In this document: positions 59,603-64,000 of the stretch, piece after piece | Layout of the letters: the number at the start of each line of letters is the position of its first letter | Numbering within the stretch: position 1 is the first letter of the stretch | IMG/VR virus record: IMGVR_UViG_3300042879_006196 | Location: 248,001-312,000 of that record | Reading direction: 5' to 3' (one strand) | DNA: 64,000 bases | Program-made: the position numbers and the translations under genes | Notes under the pieces: generated by a model | What the model saw: only the letters and a program-made list of their open reading frames with translations | What the model was told of the DNA's origin: nothing | The model's database searches: none

Positions 59603-60634
59603 ATGCTAAAATCTAAAGCTTTCACTTTAATAGAGCTTTTGGTGGTAATTGCCATCATAGCCATTCTCGCCGCAATTCTGTTCCCTGTTTTCGCTCAAGC
59701 AAAATTAGCCGCTAAAAAAGCGTCTGATTTAAGCAATGTTAAACAAATGGGTCTTGGTATTACTTTATATACAGGTGACAATGATGATATGTATCCTTCT
59801 GCTTACTATCACAGAGCTTTTAATCCTGCTCTTGGTGGAACCAACGCTGGATATATTCACTGGTCAGGCATGGTGATGCCTTATGTTAAAAACGTACAAA
59901 TGTTTGTATCACCTGGTGATACCATTCGTGGTCATGCTCCAACATGTTTCTCTTCAGCTGATAACAATAGTGGCGCAGGTGCTCCAGGCGGACAGGCAGC
60001 AAACGTATGTACAGCTAACCCTGCAATTGTTCCACCTCAATTTGTACGAGGTGGTGCGATTGTGGATGAGCAAGTTCCCCGCATTTCTTACACTGTTAAT
60101 TCTTTGGTAATTCCTAGATACCGAAATATTGGTGATGTCAATAGAGGCATTTCTTTGGTGAGCCAAACTCAGTTGGATAATGTTTCAAACATCATCTTGC
60201 TTGCTGGATTTACAAGAAATCTTCCCTGTCTTTCATCAGCTTCTATCACTTCAACGACTAGAAGTGCATCGCACCGATCAACCAATGCAGTCACAAGAGA
60301 CTCAGCAAATACTCAGGTTTATTTTGGTAGTCAAGAAGACGGGGCTTCACGACCTTCTAGTTTGTTTGCTCTGAATTGGAACAATCTTGCTTCTAGTAAT
60401 ATTTTCAATTTATGTGCAACAAATCCACGAACAGATTACCCTCTCATTGTGTATCATGGTTATAACAATTGGAATAACTCTGGTGATAATTATGGCATGG
60501 CAGATGGTTCTGCTAAATATCGACCATTCAGACAAACAATTGCTCCAACAAACTATCTTTGGGGGACAAGAGCGTATACTGATGGCAATCTTCCTATCTT
60601 AGATCCAGTGTCTGGCTTGCCAGTGCAAGGTTAA
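59603..60634 (+). CDS. prepilin-type N-terminal cleavage/methylation protein with a C-terminal H...DG-like motif
   Basis: KA/FTLIELLVVIAIIAILAAILFPVFAQAK..AKK.SDLSNVKQMGL....Y..D.DD.YP; C-terminal H...NYGMADGSAK. Confidence 0.92.
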   Translation: MLKSKAFTLIELLVVIAIIAILAAILFPVFAQAKLAAKKASDLSNVKQMGLGITLYTGDNDDMYPSAYYHRAFNPALGGTNAGYIHWSGMVMPYVKNVQMFVSPGDTIRGHAPTCFSSADNNSGAGAPGGQAANVCTANPAIVPPQFVRGGAIVDEQVPRISYTVNSLVIPRYRNIGDVNRGISLVSQTQLDNVSNIILLAGFTRNLPCLSSASITSTTRSASHRSTNAVTRDSANTQVYFGSQEDGASRPSSLFALNWNNLASSNIFNLCATNPRTDYPLIVYHGYNNWNNSGDNYGMADGSAKYRPFRQTIAPTNYLWGTRAYTDGNLPILDPVSGLPVQG

Positions 60635-60637
60635 TAA

Positions 60638-60659
60638 AAAGCCCTCAATTGAGGGCTTT
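60638..60659. terminator. palindromic bidirectional terminator
   Basis: Perfect 22-bp palindrome AAAGCCCTCAATTGAGGGCTTT between convergent stops. Confidence 0.8.
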
Positions 60660-61113
60660 AAGCATCTTGAAAAACTAATTTTTGAATTCCATCTTCCTTA
60701 ACTGTTCCAACCTGAACAGCACCTGCAGAATTTATAAGTTGGTCTGCTCCTCCAGAAGATCGATTAATTTTTGAGCCATTACATGAAATATATGGCAAAT
60801 CTGGATAACCATTTGATCTCAGCCAATCTTTGAAAGCATTTGCATCTCCTGCGATAAGGTTTCCTCTTTCTCCAAAAACTAATTTTCCATCTTCAGTGCC
60901 GTGTAGCAACCAAATACTCCTTTGTGTTCCATCGCTTGTTTTGATTTGCACTTGTTTAGGTGGGTCATCAGGTCCCATAAAAAACTGACCTCCTACCAAT
61001 TCTACTTCAAGCCTTCCTTCACTTCCTGAGGGAATCATTTGCCTATAAGAATTGGGATCTAATTCTTGAACATTAGGATTTTGTGAACTGAGTTTGCTGA
61101 ATTTGTACCACAC
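60658..61113 (-). CDS. hypothetical protein (MWYK N-terminus)
   Basis: 151-aa ORF, GTG start. Confidence 0.55.
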   Translation of the reverse strand: MWYKFSKLSSQNPNVQELDPNSYRQMIPSGSEGRLEVELVGGQFFMGPDDPPKQVQIKTSDGTQRSIWLLHGTEDGKLVFGERGNLIAGDANAFKDWLRSNGYPDLPYISCNGSKINRSSGGADQLINSAGAVQVGTVKEDGIQKLVFQDA

Positions 61114-61124
61114 AATTTATATTT

Positions 61125-61661
61125 TCAGCTAAAAAAAGTAAAATCCTTGTCGGTAAATTTTTCACATTCTTCAAAAGGTTTACCAAGTTTGTCTTTATCT
61201 GACACAATCTGAGGAAAATCTTTCCAAGGAATGTCAAGACTGTTGTAAAGTAAAGATCTGTCATTTTCTTGACAATAATAATTAGAGCATTTGTAATAAA
61301 CCACGCTATTATCTTCTAGCGATTGAAATCCATGTGCAAAGCCTTCTGGAATAAATATAGCCAAATGATTTTCGCTTGATAATTCGATGTCAAACCATTT
61401 ACCAAAATAGGGCGATTGCTCTCTTAAATCTACAGCAACATCATATATTTTTCCTGCCAAACAATACACTAATTTTGCTTGTGGAATTTGAACTTGATAA
61501 TGCATGCCTCTAATCACTCCTTGTTTAGAAATTGAACAATTATCTTGAACAAATTTAACAGGAAAAATTTTATCTTTATGCAAAAAAGTTTCAGTGAATT
61601 GTCCTCTATAATCTTGGAAACATTTTAAATTAACTATTTTAATTCCACCAAAAGGCTCCAT
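61125..61661 (-). CDS. rmlC: dTDP-4-dehydrorhamnose 3,5-epimerase
   Basis: D.RG.F.E, VQDN.S.S..GVIRGMHYQ, QAKLV, DVAVDLR.QSP.FG.W, IPEGFAHGF. Confidence 0.95.
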   Translation of the reverse strand: MEPFGGIKIVNLKCFQDYRGQFTETFLHKDKIFPVKFVQDNCSISKQGVIRGMHYQVQIPQAKLVYCLAGKIYDVAVDLREQSPYFGKWFDIELSSENHLAIFIPEGFAHGFQSLEDNSVVYYKCSNYYCQENDRSLLYNSLDIPWKDFPQIVSDKDKLGKPFEECEKFTDKDFTFFS

Positions 61662-61711
61662 ACACTATTTATACACCAGGAAAATATTGATGATAAGTTT
61701 AAATTAATAAA

Positions 61712-62506
61712 ATGGATAGAATTTCAATGATCAAATGCTGCAATGATCTTGATAAAAATGGTTTTTTTAAAGAATCTGAGTTGATAGAAAATTTCATAAA
61801 ACTATCCGCTATGCCTTTAGGAAATGATTTAAAAGATACAATCAGGAATTTATTACCTCCCTCTGCAAAAGCAATCTTTGATAAATACTTACCTCCTAAA
61901 AAAACACAAGCCCCTGCACCAAAACAAAACCAAAAATCACTAAGAGAGAAAATATTACAACAAAGAAACAATCCTCAAATACCTTGGGGTAATTATGGCA
62001 AATTTAAAACAAAGCTTGAAAAGTATGAGGGCGGTTTATCTAATAGACCACTTAAAGATGACCCTGGTGGATTAACTAACAAAGGCGTGACAGATGTAAC
62101 ATATAACAGATGGAGAAAAAGTAAAGGGCTAGGATATAAATCTGTTAGATATATCACTGACGAAGAAGTTAATCTTATCACTAAAAACTTATATTGGGAT
62201 CAAATTAAAGGCGATTTTATTCCTCATCCAATTGCAATAGTTTTAGCAGATTGGAAATTCCTTGGTGGTAGTCCTGTACAAGAATTACAAAAATTGATTG
62301 GAGTAAGCCCTGATGGTTTAATGGGCACAGCAACTGTGAAAGCTTTGTGGAGATACACTGGTCGTGATAATGAAAAAGCTAAACAGCTTGCTTTGAAATT
62401 ATTAGATTCAAGAGAAAAATATATGAGAAAACTTCCAAATGCAGCCACTAATGGAGGTTGGTGGATAAGATTGGATGACATGAGAAAAACAATTAGGGCT
62501 TTGTAG
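61712..62506 (+). CDS. GH108 lysozyme (glycosyl hydrolase 108 plus peptidoglycan-binding region) with an N-terminal extension
   Basis: YEGG......DDPGGLTNKGVT, Y...YWD, LQ..IGV.PDG..G..T, GWW.RL. Confidence 0.85.
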   Translation: MDRISMIKCCNDLDKNGFFKESELIENFIKLSAMPLGNDLKDTIRNLLPPSAKAIFDKYLPPKKTQAPAPKQNQKSLREKILQQRNNPQIPWGNYGKFKTKLEKYEGGLSNRPLKDDPGGLTNKGVTDVTYNRWRKSKGLGYKSVRYITDEEVNLITKNLYWDQIKGDFIPHPIAIVLADWKFLGGSPVQELQKLIGVSPDGLMGTATVKALWRYTGRDNEKAKQLALKLLDSREKYMRKLPNAATNGGWWIRLDDMRKTIRAL

Positions 62507-62654
62507 AAGTTTTTTTGAGTGCTTCGCTAATTTGTTTAAAAATCTCATCTATATCTTCTGGCTCAACATCCTCAAAAGTGTTGTCATTTAAGGTTATTGA
62601 AATTTTAACATTCTTGTCTTTTTTTCTAAATATATTTTTAATTTTTTCCCACAT
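62493..62654 (-). CDS. 53-aa hypothetical protein absent from the ORF track
   Basis: MWEKIKNIFRKKDKNVKISITLNDNTFEDVEPEDIDEIFKQISEALKKTSTKP; ATG exactly 6 nt after the minus-strand TACAAT. Confidence 0.6.
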   Translation of the reverse strand: MWEKIKNIFRKKDKNVKISITLNDNTFEDVEPEDIDEIFKQISEALKKTSTKP

Positions 62655-62660
62655 GATGTA

Positions 62661-62670
62661 ATTGTACAAT
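62661..62670. promoter_or_regulatory. palindromic bidirectional -10 element ATTGTACAAT
   Basis: 6 nt to ATG 62677 (+) and 6 nt to ATG 62654 (-). Confidence 0.7.
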
Positions 62671-62676
62671 CATAAC

Positions 62677-62970
62677 ATGGAAAGTTTTCAGAAAGATAGA
62701 AATATTACTGAAATTCCCATTCACCCCACTTATGAAAAAAAAACTGATGGTCATCTTGAGTGGTATAATCATTTAGATTCTATTTACTTTTTTAAAAACC
62801 AAAATGAACTTTTTGATTGTTTTTTTATTATCTTGAACAAAAAAATTTATATATCCTATAATGTTAGAAATAATCTTTCAATAGATTTCATGAAATTTGT
62901 GAAAATCACCGCCCCCACTAATATCAAAGATAAAAAAAGAAGAATATATAAACCCACAAAATTAATGTAA
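62677..62970 (+). CDS. hypothetical protein
   Basis: Start reassigned from TTG 62662 to ATG 62677. Confidence 0.45.
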   Translation: MESFQKDRNITEIPIHPTYEKKTDGHLEWYNHLDSIYFFKNQNELFDCFFIILNKKIYISYNVRNNLSIDFMKFVKITAPTNIKDKKRRIYKPTKLM

Positions 62971-62989
62971 AAAAATTGTATAAAAGATA

Positions 62990-63493
62990 GTGATGAATCA
63001 AATCTGTATCGCTAAAAAACTTTCATATAACAACGTCGAGTTTTTAGATTTTGCAATCAATTCGCAAGATCAAGACAAGCTAATGACTTTTGCCACTTAC
63101 AAAGAGGCTCATGAATACTTAAAAAGTGAGGTTGAAAAACCTGAGGAATTGCTTGATTTCATAATTACAACTATTGACGCTCAAAAAGACAATCCTCGAA
63201 TGAAAGAGCTGTTGGCATTGGGTACTTCAAACCAAGCTCCAACTACTGCCACTCCTCCATCAGCACCAGTAGCTGATGTATCAAGCACCACTGAGGAAGT
63301 GGAATGTTATTTTCTTTTAGATTGTTCAAATTTTGAAATTCTTAATAATGATTCAATTATCGAAAGAGCGACCAATCGTCAGCTTATTCCTGTATTAGCT
63401 TTTGTTGACGCCACTAATCCAGAATCTTTAGTACAAGCTCCAAATTTCAAGCTCAAACAAGCATACATTGGTGTTGCTAAAGACCCTCAATAA
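62990..63493 (+). CDS. hypothetical protein
   Basis: 167-aa ORF; TATAAA 5 nt before GTG. Confidence 0.6.
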   Translation: MMNQICIAKKLSYNNVEFLDFAINSQDQDKLMTFATYKEAHEYLKSEVEKPEELLDFIITTIDAQKDNPRMKELLALGTSNQAPTTATPPSAPVADVSSTTEEVECYFLLDCSNFEILNNDSIIERATNRQLIPVLAFVDATNPESLVQAPNFKLKQAYIGVAKDPQ

Positions 63494-63496
63494 TAA

Positions 63497-64000
63497 ATGA
63501 TTGAAGCCGTTGATGTAATTTTTGGTGCTTCTTGGGGAGACGAAGGTAAAGGGAAAATCTCCTCAAGAATTGCCAAAAACTATGATTATGTTTGTAGGTT
63601 TAATGGTGGCTCAAATGCTGGTCATACATTTTATGTCAATGACAAAAAAGTAATCACTCATGTCATCCCATCAGGAATTGCATTTAATATACCATCAATC
63701 ATTGGACCAAATTGTGTAGTTTGCATTGAAGAATTCTTTGCAGAGCTATCATATTTAGAGCATTTAGGCTTTAATCCTAAGCTAGTGAAGATAAGTCCAA
63801 AAGCACATATTGTCACGCCTCATCATAAAGAACAAGATGCTAATTATTATTCAAAATTAATAGGTACCACTTCTAAAGGCATTGGTTTGTGTTATGCTGA
63901 CAAGGCGCTTAGAACAGGTGTAAGAGCAGATACTGTTATGCCAAAGGAGTATCTCTGGGATGAAAAACTTGATGGTCATGTTCTTTGTGAGGGCGCACAA
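63497..64000 (+). CDS. purA: adenylosuccinate synthetase, truncated at the window end and absent from the ORF track
   Basis: Own translation: MIEAVDVIFGASWGDEGKGK...RFNGGSNAGHT...H.IPSG...IGTTSKGIG.CYADK...LCEGAQ. Confidence 0.92.
   Translation, partial: MIEAVDVIFGASWGDEGKGKISSRIAKNYDYVCRFNGGSNAGHTFYVNDKKVITHVIPSGIAFNIPSIIGPNCVVCIEEFFAELSYLEHLGFNPKLVKISPKAHIVTPHHKEQDANYYSKLIGTTSKGIGLCYADKALRTGVRADTVMPKEYLWDEKLDGHVLCEGAQ

Noticed and set aside
61666-61673. T4 late promoter TATAAATA before rmlC
   Set aside because: Single instance, and equally explained by the general -10 plus 6-nt leaderless pattern.
63497-64000. PurZ / 2-aminoadenine genome
   Set aside because: The GDEGKG Asp is retained and no Z-pathway partner genes are visible.

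Overview
AT-rich (~30% GC by eye), gene-dense window in the standard genetic code that reads as part of a large tailed (jumbo-type) bacteriophage genome. Layout: (i) 1-16.8 kb virion/tail module with a 2792-aa and a 1234-aa fibre-like protein, two LamG-like proteins and a Hint-domain protein; (ii) 16.8-25.5 kb mixed block (DUF2997/DUF1257-like pair, GroEL, HhH-GPD glycosylase, SpeD, ClpS, probable structural genes); (iii) 25.5-48.2 kb glycan cluster of about 28 genes (Gmd, Fcl, RfbH-like dehydratase, RmlB/RmlD-like, GT2/10/11/25-like, several methyltransferases); (iv) 48.2-64 kb accessory genes (AhcY, dNMP kinase, secretin N-domain protein, Armatimonadota-style prepilin, RmlC, GH108 lysozyme, partial PurA). 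Two signals are not explained by the gene list. First, the non-palindromic 9-mer AGATTGTGT/ACACAATCT occurs at least 36 times on both strands and in several reading frames, against <1 expected. Second, a palindromic (A)TTGTACAA(T) sits between six pairs of divergent genes, giving a -10-like hexamer usually 6 nt before the start codon on both strands, which suggests bidirectional leaderless promoters. Family assignments come from motif recognition only; no searches were run.
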